From Candidatus Heimdallarchaeota archaeon (lineage in GTDB: Archaea > Asgardarchaeota > Heimdallarchaeia > Heimdallarchaeales > Kariarchaeaceae), in assembly GCA_030149205.1 (NCBI GenBank), contig JASBSB010000001.1, positions 180,001-212,000 on the forward strand: 32,000 nucleotides of DNA, read 5' to 3'. This document shows, piece by piece, positions 1 through 9,441 of this stretch; position 1 is the first letter of the stretch, and each line of letters begins with the position of its first letter. A program made the translations under genes and the position numbers. The notes under the pieces are model-generated. The model was not told the origin of the DNA and searched no databases. It saw nothing but the letters and a program-made list of their open reading frames with translations.

Positions 1-1
1 A

Positions 2-886
2 ATTCTAGCGGTCACTTCATCCAGCTTCATTATTCTTGCTGCTTATGAACCAAGTGGTGCACAGGTCGATAGGGTGAGTCTTGCTTTTGTTAGAGTTCTT
101 TTTACAGCTTTGTTAAGTTTGACCATAGTTTGGATAAGAAGGAGCAAAACTCACAAACTTGTGAAACATACCTACTCAAAGAAAGATTTCTTAGTAATCT
201 CAAGCTCTGGACTAGCATTAGCTCTCCATTTCTCGTTTTGGTTCATTTCTTTGGACTATCTCCCAATTGGTGTGTCTTTAGCACTTACAAACACAGCTCC
301 AATTTGGATACTTGCATTTATGTTTATCTTTTATCGAGAAGTCCAAAAAGTTAAACAAGTGATTGGGGTTTTAGTGGGAGTGGGAGGAGCAGTGGTGCTT
401 AGTGTCAACAACTTGACATTGTTTTTAGACAAAGGACTTTCTTTGGGTGCACTCTTAGCTCTAATTTCTGCTTTTGGACTGGCTATATACTTGGCTCTTG
501 CAAAGTATGGTGTGGACAAGTTTGGGCTATGGTTATATTTTGGGCAGGTTAATCTGGTTGCTGCGGTTGGGCTTTATATTTATTTAACAATTTCTGGAAA
601 TTTATCTCACGTCAGTCTTATGGCGATCACTTATGGACTTAGTCTGGCTTTAATCCCAGGACTACTTGGTCACGCATCATTTCAATATTCAATGAGCAAA
701 CTTCCCTCATCACTGGTGTCTATAGCAACTTTGGGAGAACCTCTTCTTGGAGCACTGTTTGCTTGGTTCATCTTCTCGCAAAAATTATCATTTGTTGAGG
801 TCGTAGGGATGTTGTTAATCCCTATGGGCGTATTTTTAACACTTAATTTCAATGGAGATTCCCCCATTAATTATGAAGATCAATGA
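2..886 (+). CDS. DMT/EamA family transporter (probably 5'-truncated by the window edge)
   Basis: The frame is open from position 2 (ILAVTSSSFIILAAYEPSGAQVDRVSLAFVR...), upstream of the track start at 74. About 10 hydrophobic segments in two EamA-like halves; motifs LTNTAPIW and ATLGEPLLGALFAWFIF. Confidence 0.85.
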   Translation: MLAVTSSSFIILAAYEPSGAQVDRVSLAFVRVLFTALLSLTIVWIRRSKTHKLVKHTYSKKDFLVISSSGLALALHFSFWFISLDYLPIGVSLALTNTAPIWILAFMFIFYREVQKVKQVIGVLVGVGGAVVLSVNNLTLFLDKGLSLGALLALISAFGLAIYLALAKYGVDKFGLWLYFGQVNLVAAVGLYIYLTISGNLSHVSLMAITYGLSLALIPGLLGHASFQYSMSKLPSSLVSIATLGEPLLGALFAWFIFSQKLSFVEVVGMLLIPMGVFLTLNFNGDSPINYEDQ

Positions 887-1100
887 GAGAATTGGCGGTA
901 CAATTATACCATTGGTAATTTACAAAAGGTATCAATCCTTCTAATTTCTAACAACTTCAGCCAATTTAGCTGTAAATTAGAAATTTAGTAAATTATTGCT
1001 TATTCATCATCACAATAATTTGGTTGAAGCTTTGCACCATATCTTTAAATTTAAAATAGAAATTGATATAATTTAATTAGAAGTTCCAAAACAAAACTGT

Positions 1101-1105
1101 GGAGG
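1101..1105 (+). promoter_or_regulatory. Shine-Dalgarno GGAGG of the thermosome gene
   Basis: GGAGG lies 7 nt before ATG 1113. An AT-rich TATA-like TTTAAATTTAAAATA is at 1044-1058. Confidence 0.6.
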
Positions 1106-1112
1106 ATAAATT

Positions 1113-2741
1113 ATGAGTTTAACAGGACAACCAGTAATCATACTCAGAGAAGGCACAACCAGAACAAAAGGAAAAGATGCTTTAAGAAACAATATTCAAG
1201 CTGCAAAAGTCATTGCAGAAGCTGTAAGATCTGCCCTAGGTCCAAAAGGTATGGATAAGATGTTAGTTGATGGGTTTGGAGATGTTGTCATCACAAATGA
1301 TGGTGCAACAATACTCAAAGAAATTGACGTTCAACATCCTGGGGCCAAGTTTGTTGTAGAACTTGCAAAAACACAGGATCAAGAGGTGGGTGATGGAACA
1401 ACAAGTGTCGTTGTCCTCGCCGGTGAATTATTGAAGAAAAGTGAAGACCTTCTTGATCAAAACATTCACCCAACAGTTATAGTTGAAGGATACAGACTTG
1501 CGAGAGAAAAGTCTCTGAACATTTTGAAGGAAAATTCCATCAAGGTGGATGTAAATGACAGAAAACAATTAATTAATATCGCAAAAACATCAATGTCATC
1601 AAAGATAGTTTCTAATCAAAGTGACTTTCTTGCAGATTTAGTTGTAGACGCTATTCTTTCAGTTGCTGAGAAAAAGGAAGATGGGACATACACTGTAGAT
1701 TTAGACAAAGTCGTGAAGGTTAAAAAAGTTGGTGAGAATTTAGAGAAATCAGAACTGGTTAAAGGATTAGTGCTTGATAAAGAGGGAGTTCACCCTGATA
1801 TGCCTAACTATGTGAAGAATGCAAAAATTCTTGTGGTTAATTCTGCCTTAGAAATCACTAAAACTGAATTTGATGCCAAGCTAACAATTTCTACTCCTGA
1901 AGAAGTTAAAAGCTTCTTGAAACGAGAAAAAGAGATGTTAAGAGAGATGGCTGATAAAGTTATTAACTCAGGAGCTAATGTTATCTTTACCCAAAAAGGG
2001 ATTGATGATAATGTTCAACATTACCTTGCGGAGAAAAACATTCTTGCAGTAAGAAGGGTTAAGAAATCAGATATTTCAAGAATTTCTGAAATTAGTGGAG
2101 CCACAATTGTTACAAACATTAATGACATTGAAAAGTCTTACTTAGGTTCTGCTGGTTTAATTGAACAGGTTCCAATTGGTGGAGATGAGGTCATGGTATT
2201 AAGAGAAGCACCTCATGGTTCCGTAGTAACCCTTCTGATCAGAGGAAGTACAGAATTCGTGCTTGATGAATATGAGAGATCAATCCATGATGCACTATCT
2301 GTAGTTCGAAACATTGTTGAGGATCAAGAACTTGTGTCCGGAGGAGGTGCAGTTGAACTCCTTCTATCAAGAAAATTAAATGAGTTTGCAGATACTCAAT
2401 CACCAAAAGTACAACTTGCAATTAGAGCATTTTCTCAGGCGTTACTGGCCATACCAAAAGCATTATCAGAAAATGCTGGTTTAGACCCCATTGAAATCAT
2501 TGGTGAAATGAACAAAAAATTTGCCGAAGATAAAACCTCATTTGGTATCAATCCATATACAGGGAAAATAGATGATATGGCTGTTTTAGGTGTCTTAGAA
2601 CCACTGAGGGTTAAATACCAAGCAATCTCTTCCGCTTCTGAAGCGGCTTCCATTTTGCTCAGAATTGACGACGTCGTTTCTGCAAAAGACCTTGGAGGAT
2701 CTCCAGCCCCACCAGGTGGAGATATGGGAATGGACTATTAG
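1113..2741 (+). CDS. ths: Thermosome subunit (group II chaperonin)
   Basis: [28 protein letters not shown] and GGGAVE motifs; Gly/Met-rich tail GGDMGMDY; 542 aa. Alpha versus beta subunit not resolvable. Confidence 0.97.
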   Translation: MSLTGQPVIILREGTTRTKGKDALRNNIQAAKVIAEAVRSALGPKGMDKMLVDGFGDVVITNDGATILKEIDVQHPGAKFVVELAKTQDQEVGDGTTSVVVLAGELLKKSEDLLDQNIHPTVIVEGYRLAREKSLNILKENSIKVDVNDRKQLINIAKTSMSSKIVSNQSDFLADLVVDAILSVAEKKEDGTYTVDLDKVVKVKKVGENLEKSELVKGLVLDKEGVHPDMPNYVKNAKILVVNSALEITKTEFDAKLTISTPEEVKSFLKREKEMLREMADKVINSGANVIFTQKGIDDNVQHYLAEKNILAVRRVKKSDISRISEISGATIVTNINDIEKSYLGSAGLIEQVPIGGDEVMVLREAPHGSVVTLLIRGSTEFVLDEYERSIHDALSVVRNIVEDQELVSGGGAVELLLSRKLNEFADTQSPKVQLAIRAFSQALLAIPKALSENAGLDPIEIIGEMNKKFAEDKTSFGINPYTGKIDDMAVLGVLEPLRVKYQAISSASEAASILLRIDDVVSAKDLGGSPAPPGGDMGMDY

Positions 2742-2778
2742 AAAAAGCATATTTTTATATCATTACAATTTCAGATTT

Positions 2779-3834
2779 ATCATCCATCACAAAAAATCGT
2801 TTTTATTCTTAATTGTTCTTATCTTGCTAATCAGTCAAAACCCTTTACACGCTAAAACGGTAGAAAAACTACAACCCATTTCGCAGGTTGAAATTACAAA
2901 AACCATGAAAAATCAGCTTGATTTTGGTCCAAGGTACCCTGGATCAGAAGGTATCAAGTTATTTAGAGACTATTTTCAATCATTCGTTGACCAGTACCCA
3001 AATTGGGTGATGCGAGAGGAACCATTTCAATATAAGGGAGTAACTCTAGTAAATATATTTGTACATGAAAGAAATTACCCTGAGTTGCCTCAAATTCTTA
3101 TAGGAGCTCATTATGATACAAGAAAGAGAGCCACCAAAGACCCTAATTATCCCACTCTTCCTATCTTAGGAGCTAATGACGGTGCCTCGGGAGTCTCTTC
3201 AATTATGGAGCTAATTCGAGTGATGAATAAAACACAGAATGGTAAGATTGGATTTGTCCTGTTTGATGGGGAGGACCAAGGATTTGACACTGGATTTGGA
3301 ATGGAAGGATGGGAATGGATTGTTGGCTCAACTCATTTTGTTGATTTTCATAAAAATGAGATCAATAACATCAAGAACTTTATATTACTGGACATGATTG
3401 CGAACAAAAATCTTCAGATATTTTACGAGGGAGGAAGTAACCTGACCCTTGCATCAAAAATCTGGGATGTTGCACACAAATACAATTTCACTAAAGAATT
3501 TGTCAAAAAGGTGGGATATTATCTAATTGATGACCACACACCGTTTGTCAAAGCTGGGGTTAATTCTGTTGATATAATCGACTTCAATTACCCCGAACAT
3601 CATACATTGGCTGATGATCTACAGTCTATATCAACATTATCCATAACAATAGTCACTAAGGTTGTTTATGAATGGATAAACCTTGAACTACAACCAACAA
3701 CCACAAAAATCTCACAGAGCTTATCAACCAAAACCCCTGCAACCCTATTTGAAGTGATTGCAGCAGGTGCCTTAAGCTTGATTATAATTGTTAAGAAATC
3801 GGGTAAGCGACGAAATGGGCACGCTGCACATTAA
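2779..3834 (+). CDS. M28 family Zn peptidase (glutaminyl cyclase-like), predicted exported and C-terminally anchored; start uncertain
   Basis: GAHYDTR, GANDGASG, FDGED, LDMI, DDHTPF and YPEHHT motifs. Signal-like HHKKSFLFLIVLILLISQNPLHA; C-terminal hydrophobic segment plus basic tail. The track start (2665) lies inside the thermosome gene. Confidence 0.85.
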   Translation: MIHHKKSFLFLIVLILLISQNPLHAKTVEKLQPISQVEITKTMKNQLDFGPRYPGSEGIKLFRDYFQSFVDQYPNWVMREEPFQYKGVTLVNIFVHERNYPELPQILIGAHYDTRKRATKDPNYPTLPILGANDGASGVSSIMELIRVMNKTQNGKIGFVLFDGEDQGFDTGFGMEGWEWIVGSTHFVDFHKNEINNIKNFILLDMIANKNLQIFYEGGSNLTLASKIWDVAHKYNFTKEFVKKVGYYLIDDHTPFVKAGVNSVDIIDFNYPEHHTLADDLQSISTLSITIVTKVVYEWINLELQPTTTKISQSLSTKTPATLFEVIAAGALSLIIIVKKSGKRRNGHAAH

Positions 3835-4362
3835 ACTAATTTTCTTTTGGCTGATTTTTCCTTTGTTTTGCTTCAGGTAGAGATACAATAGACCAGCAAA
3901 AATTGTGAGTGATTCTTCCCTAGAATTATTTGATGGTTGAAAATTCAACAGAAACCTCCTAAACTCAGGAACAAGGACATTTAATTTATTTAATGGTTGA
4001 TCAAAAATCCAAATTAGGTCTACGAGAGAGATTTGGATGGGTTTGAGACCTAATTTGCTCATGATTTCAACATAGGCAGTATAAGTTTGAGGAGAAGACA
4101 ATTGGTTTGCAATTTGATGAGGGAAAAGCAAATGGTTAGATATAATTCCATAGTAAACTATTCCAGAAAAAATATCGCGATTTAAAGCGATGTTTTTCCT
4201 TTGTAGAGCTGAAGAGACCACAAGCACACGAACTTTGAGTCTATAACCCAAATATTGTATGGAATCCTTAAGATAACCATCCAGATATGGTTCATACTTT
4301 GAATACAGGGTGTGAAATTTTGATTCTATGACACGCAAGAATGCCAAAGAGTATGAAAGCAC
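3772..4362 (-). CDS. Divergent TFB/TFIIB core (two cyclin-like repeats) paralogue lacking the Zn ribbon
   Basis: FSGIVYYG..HQIANQL, YVEIMSKLGLKPIQISLVDLI and AGLLYLYLKQNKGKISQKKISLMCSVPISSLTRF parallel TFB repeat 1, the linker and the repeat 2 HTH. Confidence 0.6.
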   Translation of the reverse strand: MLSYSLAFLRVIESKFHTLYSKYEPYLDGYLKDSIQYLGYRLKVRVLVVSSALQRKNIALNRDIFSGIVYYGIISNHLLFPHQIANQLSSPQTYTAYVEIMSKLGLKPIQISLVDLIWIFDQPLNKLNVLVPEFRRFLLNFQPSNNSREESLTIFAGLLYLYLKQNKGKISQKKISLMCSVPISSLTRFLNNYNQA

Positions 4363-4522
4363 GTAGGTCTAGCAATTAGATGGATTTTAAAAAAGTAAGC
4401 TTTCTCATTAAAATTATTCTCTAATTAGAACATTAATGGCTCTCAATTGTTTTCAGATTTTAAGTTAGGTTAATTAAGGACAAGAGAAGGAAATAGTAAG
4501 AGACTTCCAGGAGGATAAATTT

Positions 4523-5521
4523 GTGAAAAATTTTATTATTATAGTTCCTCAGAGTAAAAAGGATGTGCTTGCAGAATCTCTTCAAGAAATGAACATCCCC
4601 TACCATCTTATTCTGGGAGAAGGTAATGCAACCTTCAACTTTATCATCCAAACCGAATATTCTAACACCTTGCTACATGAACTTAAATTGAGGGGGGTCG
4701 GGACTGTTTTTGGTGAGATTGTTGTAGCACCAATAGTAACTCACCTTTCTCCAAAGAACCCATCACCGAGTATCAAGAAATCAGGGGGGGCAAATGTGGA
4801 AGAGATCAGATCAGTGTTACTTGAATCTGGGGACTTAAATATAAATTATATCATTCTTGTACTACTTTCTGCGATTTTAGCTAGTTATGGTTTGTATGCC
4901 AACAATGTCGTTATAATTATAGGATCTATGATTGTGGCACCTCTTATGGCCCCTATTGCATTGACATCTTTGGGAGCAATTTTACCAGGCTCTAGACTTT
5001 TGCAAAAAGGATTAATAGCTGAAATTCTAGGGATTTCCTTAACTGTTATTGTGGGGTATATAGTTGGGATAGTTGTTAATGTTCATTCAACTCCAATTGA
5101 TACCTTACCTGAGCTTAAGTCACGAGGTGTGATCGATGGGGTAGCATTAATTTTTGCATTGGTTTCAGGTCTTGCTGCCGGAATAATAATTGCAAAGGGG
5201 TCAAACCTATCTATTGTTGGTGTGGCAATTGCTGCATCATTAGCACCACCAGCAGCAGCCATTGGTCTATTCTTAGCGGGTACTATGTGGAAATATGCGT
5301 CAGAAGCATCATTGTTGCTCTTATTAAACATAGTAGCCATCAATCTAGCTTGCTCTTTAGTTTTCCTATTTTTAGGACTTGCTTCGACGACAGGAGAATC
5401 CAGGAGGTCAACTGAAATTGCAAGCCGTACGAATAAAATATTGATTTATGTTGCCAGTGTAATTCTGTTAGCAATTATTTTAGTAATTGCAAATAATAAC
5501 AGGGTATTTGGACCAATCTAA
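4523..5521 (+). CDS. TIGR00341/DUF389 family membrane protein
   Basis: IIGSMIVAPLMAP and GVAIAASLAPPAA motifs; about 7 TM segments; soluble N-terminal domain; SD GGAGG at 4510-4514. Confidence 0.88.
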   Translation: MKNFIIIVPQSKKDVLAESLQEMNIPYHLILGEGNATFNFIIQTEYSNTLLHELKLRGVGTVFGEIVVAPIVTHLSPKNPSPSIKKSGGANVEEIRSVLLESGDLNINYIILVLLSAILASYGLYANNVVIIIGSMIVAPLMAPIALTSLGAILPGSRLLQKGLIAEILGISLTVIVGYIVGIVVNVHSTPIDTLPELKSRGVIDGVALIFALVSGLAAGIIIAKGSNLSIVGVAIAASLAPPAAAIGLFLAGTMWKYASEASLLLLLNIVAINLACSLVFLFLGLASTTGESRRSTEIASRTNKILIYVASVILLAIILVIANNNRVFGPI

Positions 5522-5567
5522 ACATAGGAAATTTATTTGGATTTGTGCCGATATTACATATTGAGTA

Positions 5568-7001
5568 TTAACGGCTGTTTCGACCATCTCTGCCTTTTTT
5601 TAACCTGCGTGAGTGGAGTAAGGACTTTAAATCTCTTGGTTTTTCTCTCTCTTCTTTGAGATTTTTAATTCTACGTTGGTTAAGATGTTCCTCCCAGAAT
5701 TTCTTCCTCTCTTGAAAATTCATCCTAGACATATCATCAGGTTCAACTTTGTTTCCTTGAATTATGTTTCTTTTAAACCGTTTTTCCAAACTTTGACTTC
5801 CCTTAGAACTGGTTTCAGAACCCGTTTCAGAACTCGCAGCGGAACTAGTGGAAGAAGAAATATCAACCCTTGAAATTCTGTTTTCCCATAATTTCTTTCT
5901 CTCTTCAAATTGTTCCTTAAAATTTTTTAATTCATTTAACCTACTTGACTTTTTAGAGGTTACCTCAGTCTTTTGATTTCGAACACCTATTCTCGAAGGT
6001 GATCGGGGAGTAACAGAAATAGGTTCAGCCATTACATCCCCAATTTTTTGATAAACCCTATGACTACCAGATATTGTTTTAAGAGTGTTTTTCCAACTTC
6101 CAAAAAGAGTTTCAGTTCTCCCAATGATTAAGAACCCACCAGGGTTCAATGATTCTACAAATTTCTCAATTATCCTCCTCTGTTCCTGCTTATCAATATA
6201 AATTAAAACATTTCTGCAGAAAATTGCATCAAATCCCTTTGGATAGGTATCTTTATTGAGATCGTGTAAAGAGAAGTTTACTCTATTACGAATTTCCTTA
6301 TTTACCTTGTAATACCCTTCCCCTGTAAGTTTAAAATATTTTGTGGCTTCAATCTTACGAGTCTCACTTAAATAAGAGCCATCGTAAGTCGCATGTCGAG
6401 CAATTTCGAGTAAATCTGGATTGACGTCTGTGGCTAAAATTCTCAACCTCAGGTCATTTGTTCTTAATTTGTCTTCGAATATCATTGAGATCGTATAAGG
6501 TTCTGCTCCCACTGCGCACCCTGCTGACCAAATTTTGATTTCACTCCCTTTCCTCGAACCATTGGAAGTGATCTGTGGTACAATATGATCTCTCACAAGT
6601 TCAAATGTATCTCTGTTTCTGAAGAATCGAGTTACATTGATTGACAATGACTCCTTGATTTTCGAAATTTCACCAAAATTTCTTTTGATATAGGCCAAAT
6701 ACTCAGAATAAGAACTCATGTTTAACCTATTCATTCTCATCCTTATCCTACGAGTGATATATCGCTCTTTGTAAGCTGAGGTTTCGATTCCTTGCTTTTT
6801 AAGATGAGATAGCAAATAAGGCAGGTTGGTCTCATCTAGTTTACGCTCTTTTGTATTAATTGAAAATAGCCGTTCAGAAACAGTTGAATTACCCTTTCGA
6901 GGCGATTTACTTGAAGTTTTGTTCAAATAAGATTCTGGACCTAATCCCCGACCGAGGGTTGCTCCTTTTGCAACTTTTGGTTTATCTTTACCTGAGACCA
7001 C
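5568..7001 (-). CDS. cheR: CheR-type protein-glutamate O-methyltransferase with basic N- and C-terminal extensions
   Basis: SINVTRFFRN, IWSAGCAVGAEPY, ATDVN, FDAIFCRNVLIY and PGGFLIIG..E motifs. Confidence 0.9.
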   Translation of the reverse strand: MVSGKDKPKVAKGATLGRGLGPESYLNKTSSKSPRKGNSTVSERLFSINTKERKLDETNLPYLLSHLKKQGIETSAYKERYITRRIRMRMNRLNMSSYSEYLAYIKRNFGEISKIKESLSINVTRFFRNRDTFELVRDHIVPQITSNGSRKGSEIKIWSAGCAVGAEPYTISMIFEDKLRTNDLRLRILATDVNPDLLEIARHATYDGSYLSETRKIEATKYFKLTGEGYYKVNKEIRNRVNFSLHDLNKDTYPKGFDAIFCRNVLIYIDKQEQRRIIEKFVESLNPGGFLIIGRTETLFGSWKNTLKTISGSHRVYQKIGDVMAEPISVTPRSPSRIGVRNQKTEVTSKKSSRLNELKNFKEQFEERKKLWENRISRVDISSSTSSAASSETGSETSSKGSQSLEKRFKRNIIQGNKVEPDDMSRMNFQERKKFWEEHLNQRRIKNLKEEREKPRDLKSLLHSRRLKKGRDGRNSR

Positions 7002-7036
7002 AATAATAATAAGATTTACTCAAATAAAACTCTTAT

Positions 7037-8545
7037 CTATCTTTTTAACTTTCTAATAATTACCAAAATTAGTGTGAAAATAACGAATGAGATAATCGTA
7101 AAGGGAACAGGAGTAGTTTTGCTGTCAAACTGAGCGGACAAAATCCCTGAATTTTTGATTTGTCTAACCCATAGCCCATTAGAGTTTTGACTATCTAGCA
7201 AGGTAGTTGTTAATCTTTGAATTGTATTGTTGACTATCCCCGATAGTTGGAGAATCCGCAAAGTTTCATAATTTTTAGCCAAAACCTGCAATACCCCAGC
7301 TATACCTTCAGAATAGGAAAGATCGAAAAATCGATCTTCTTTATTAGACGAGTGGATCAGATAATAATTCCAACTACCTGTTTGGACGTTGGTTACATTC
7401 ACAATTTGTGAGTTAAGAAAGTCAAGAAAGGCAGATTTTAGAGATGTCTGTTGAGTCCGAGTAAGTTTATTATAACTACTCAAAAGGAAATCAAAAACAC
7501 CAAGGACACCTGAACTTAGGGAGTTTAGTTGAATTGAACTGTTCGGTTGCACGTGAAAATAGGGGGAGACAGAGGAAAGTTTATTCATCACTAATTGGAG
7601 TGGTGTTTGTATCTCTTTTGAATAATCAGTTTGTGAGCTTCCTAAAGATTCAAGGATACCAGAGACACCTGAATTAAGATTGTAATTAAGCTCAGTTGTA
7701 TCGTTTTCCGTATTCCAAAGACCATTGGGTAGCTGCCTAGAGACCAAGTAGGAATACACCTTTTTGGAAAAATCTAATATTGAGGAATTTTGACTTATTC
7801 CTGCAAAATTTTGAAGTGATAGGGCTATTCCTGCCATTCCCTTCCCATATCCGTATATTTCAACTCCAGCAAACCCCTTTTCAAATGGGTACCAAGGTAT
7901 TGATATCCCCGATTGGTGTTTGGTTGAAATTGAATACAACCAATTCACTACTTTTTCTCCCCATTTAAGATAGGTTTGATTCTTTGTTAATTTATACAAG
8001 GAACCAACTGCTCCTAAGATTCCTGCTGAGCCGAATTCAAGTCCTGACAGAGGGATGCCAAATGCTTTGCTCACATTTGAATCCGCATATCCCCAGAAAG
8101 CCTTGTTTCCATCCAAAATTGAGCGGGTAAATAATAAATTGAGGGCGGACTGAGCCTGGTCAAACCAAATCCTATTCTTTGAAAAATTGTAATAGGACAA
8201 CAACGAATTAATTATTCCTGACTGACCATATTTATCACCAACATAAATTACTGAATAATTATCAACCGTTTTTCGCCAAAGGGAGAGGGGGGTCCCATAT
8301 AGGTCATTTATACGCTCATTTAAAAGGCCCTGATAAAATTGACTTAAGCTCCTGTTTACTTCACCCTGTAACTTAACTGGGAGAATAGGGTAGACTTTAA
8401 TCAAAGTTTTTGCAATACCAGCCCCACCATATTCAAATCCCAGGTATGTTGAATAGTCTTGTTCTGGAAGCGGTGGTGCTTGAGAATGAACTGTCAGAGG
8501 CAAAATAAGAATTAATACTATAAATAACCCGGAAAATAACCTCAC
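7037..8545 (-). CDS. Predicted surface-anchored LanC-like alpha/alpha-barrel protein, catalytic residues absent
   Basis: Signal peptide; seven GxxG helix-cap repeats (GFEYGGAGI, GDKYGQSGI, GLEFGSAGI, GYGKGMAGI, NLNSGVSGI, SLSSGVLGV, SYSEGIAGV); C-terminal TM plus RKLKR. Confidence 0.7.
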   Translation of the reverse strand: MRLFSGLFIVLILILPLTVHSQAPPLPEQDYSTYLGFEYGGAGIAKTLIKVYPILPVKLQGEVNRSLSQFYQGLLNERINDLYGTPLSLWRKTVDNYSVIYVGDKYGQSGIINSLLSYYNFSKNRIWFDQAQSALNLLFTRSILDGNKAFWGYADSNVSKAFGIPLSGLEFGSAGILGAVGSLYKLTKNQTYLKWGEKVVNWLYSISTKHQSGISIPWYPFEKGFAGVEIYGYGKGMAGIALSLQNFAGISQNSSILDFSKKVYSYLVSRQLPNGLWNTENDTTELNYNLNSGVSGILESLGSSQTDYSKEIQTPLQLVMNKLSSVSPYFHVQPNSSIQLNSLSSGVLGVFDFLLSSYNKLTRTQQTSLKSAFLDFLNSQIVNVTNVQTGSWNYYLIHSSNKEDRFFDLSYSEGIAGVLQVLAKNYETLRILQLSGIVNNTIQRLTTTLLDSQNSNGLWVRQIKNSGILSAQFDSKTTPVPFTIISFVIFTLILVIIRKLKR

Positions 8546-8631
8546 AACTTTACTTGAATTCTCATGCTTATTATTTTAGTCATAACTTCAAGACTTCACG
8601 AATAATTTTTTCTAAACTTGTAAGGTTTTCT

Positions 8632-9255
8632 CTAAATTGCCTTCAACCAATGGAGAACCTGTTCTCCTAACAGATCAAAAGCCTCCTTAACGTTTAATCC
8701 GGTTTTTGCAGAGGTATCAAGGTAATGTACTTCAAACTTACCTTTACTGTATGATTTGTTCAAATTGGAAATAAAGTCTTCTATTTCTTCGGCTGGAACG
8801 CCTGTCCCGTCCTCCACCAAATCAGCTTTGTTTCCAAGGATAATTAGAGGGACATGTCCTCTAGAGCTATGTTTAGATAATTCTTCTAGCCAATGTTTCA
8901 AATTTTGAAATGAGGATGGTCTCGTTCTATCGAAGACTAATATTCCACCAAAACATCCCTTGTAATACATCGATCTCACCGAATTAAATGTTTCCTGACC
9001 TGCAAGATCCCAAATTTGAAAAGTTACATCATATTTCTTCCCATTAAACTCGTACTTCACAGATTTAGCAGCGAAATCCGCACCAATTGTTAAGATGTGC
9101 TCCTCAGTAAACCCTACACCAAGGTAATTTCGTCTTAGGCTAGTTTTTCCAACTGCACCATCTCCCATAAGCACGAGTTTTATAAAGTAAGCAGATGGAT
9201 CATCTTTCTTTGATTTTTGAGTGGTGGGTTCTGAGGACTTCTTTTTCCAAAACAA
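8632..9255 (-). CDS. Rab-like small GTPase (eukaryotic signature protein)
   Basis: G1 GDGAVGKT, G2 TIGADF, G3 WDLAGQE, G4 GNKAD, G5 TSAK; RabF-like IGADF, FQIWD, YYKG and LVFD. Confidence 0.93.
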   Translation of the reverse strand: MFWKKKSSEPTTQKSKKDDPSAYFIKLVLMGDGAVGKTSLRRNYLGVGFTEEHILTIGADFAAKSVKYEFNGKKYDVTFQIWDLAGQETFNSVRSMYYKGCFGGILVFDRTRPSSFQNLKHWLEELSKHSSRGHVPLIILGNKADLVEDGTGVPAEEIEDFISNLNKSYSKGKFEVHYLDTSAKTGLNVKEAFDLLGEQVLHWLKAI

Positions 9256-9441
9256 ACTAATTCAAACCTCCGTGTAATCTGAACTATAAAAAATTACTCT
9301 ATTCGAAGATAAGAATTTCTAAAATTATTTAGCAAGCTTCACAGACTTAGTAACTATTTTAAATTGACTAAAAATCACCTACAATAAACTTTTATAGCCA
9401 ATTATGATAAATACATTTGTTTACAATAGAGGTATGTAACT

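Noticed and set aside
1101-4521. Identical 12-mer GGAGGATAAATT before the thermosome (1101) and TIGR00341 (4510) genes
   Set aside because: Explained by an SD sequence plus an AT-rich spacer; two instances are not enough for a regulon.
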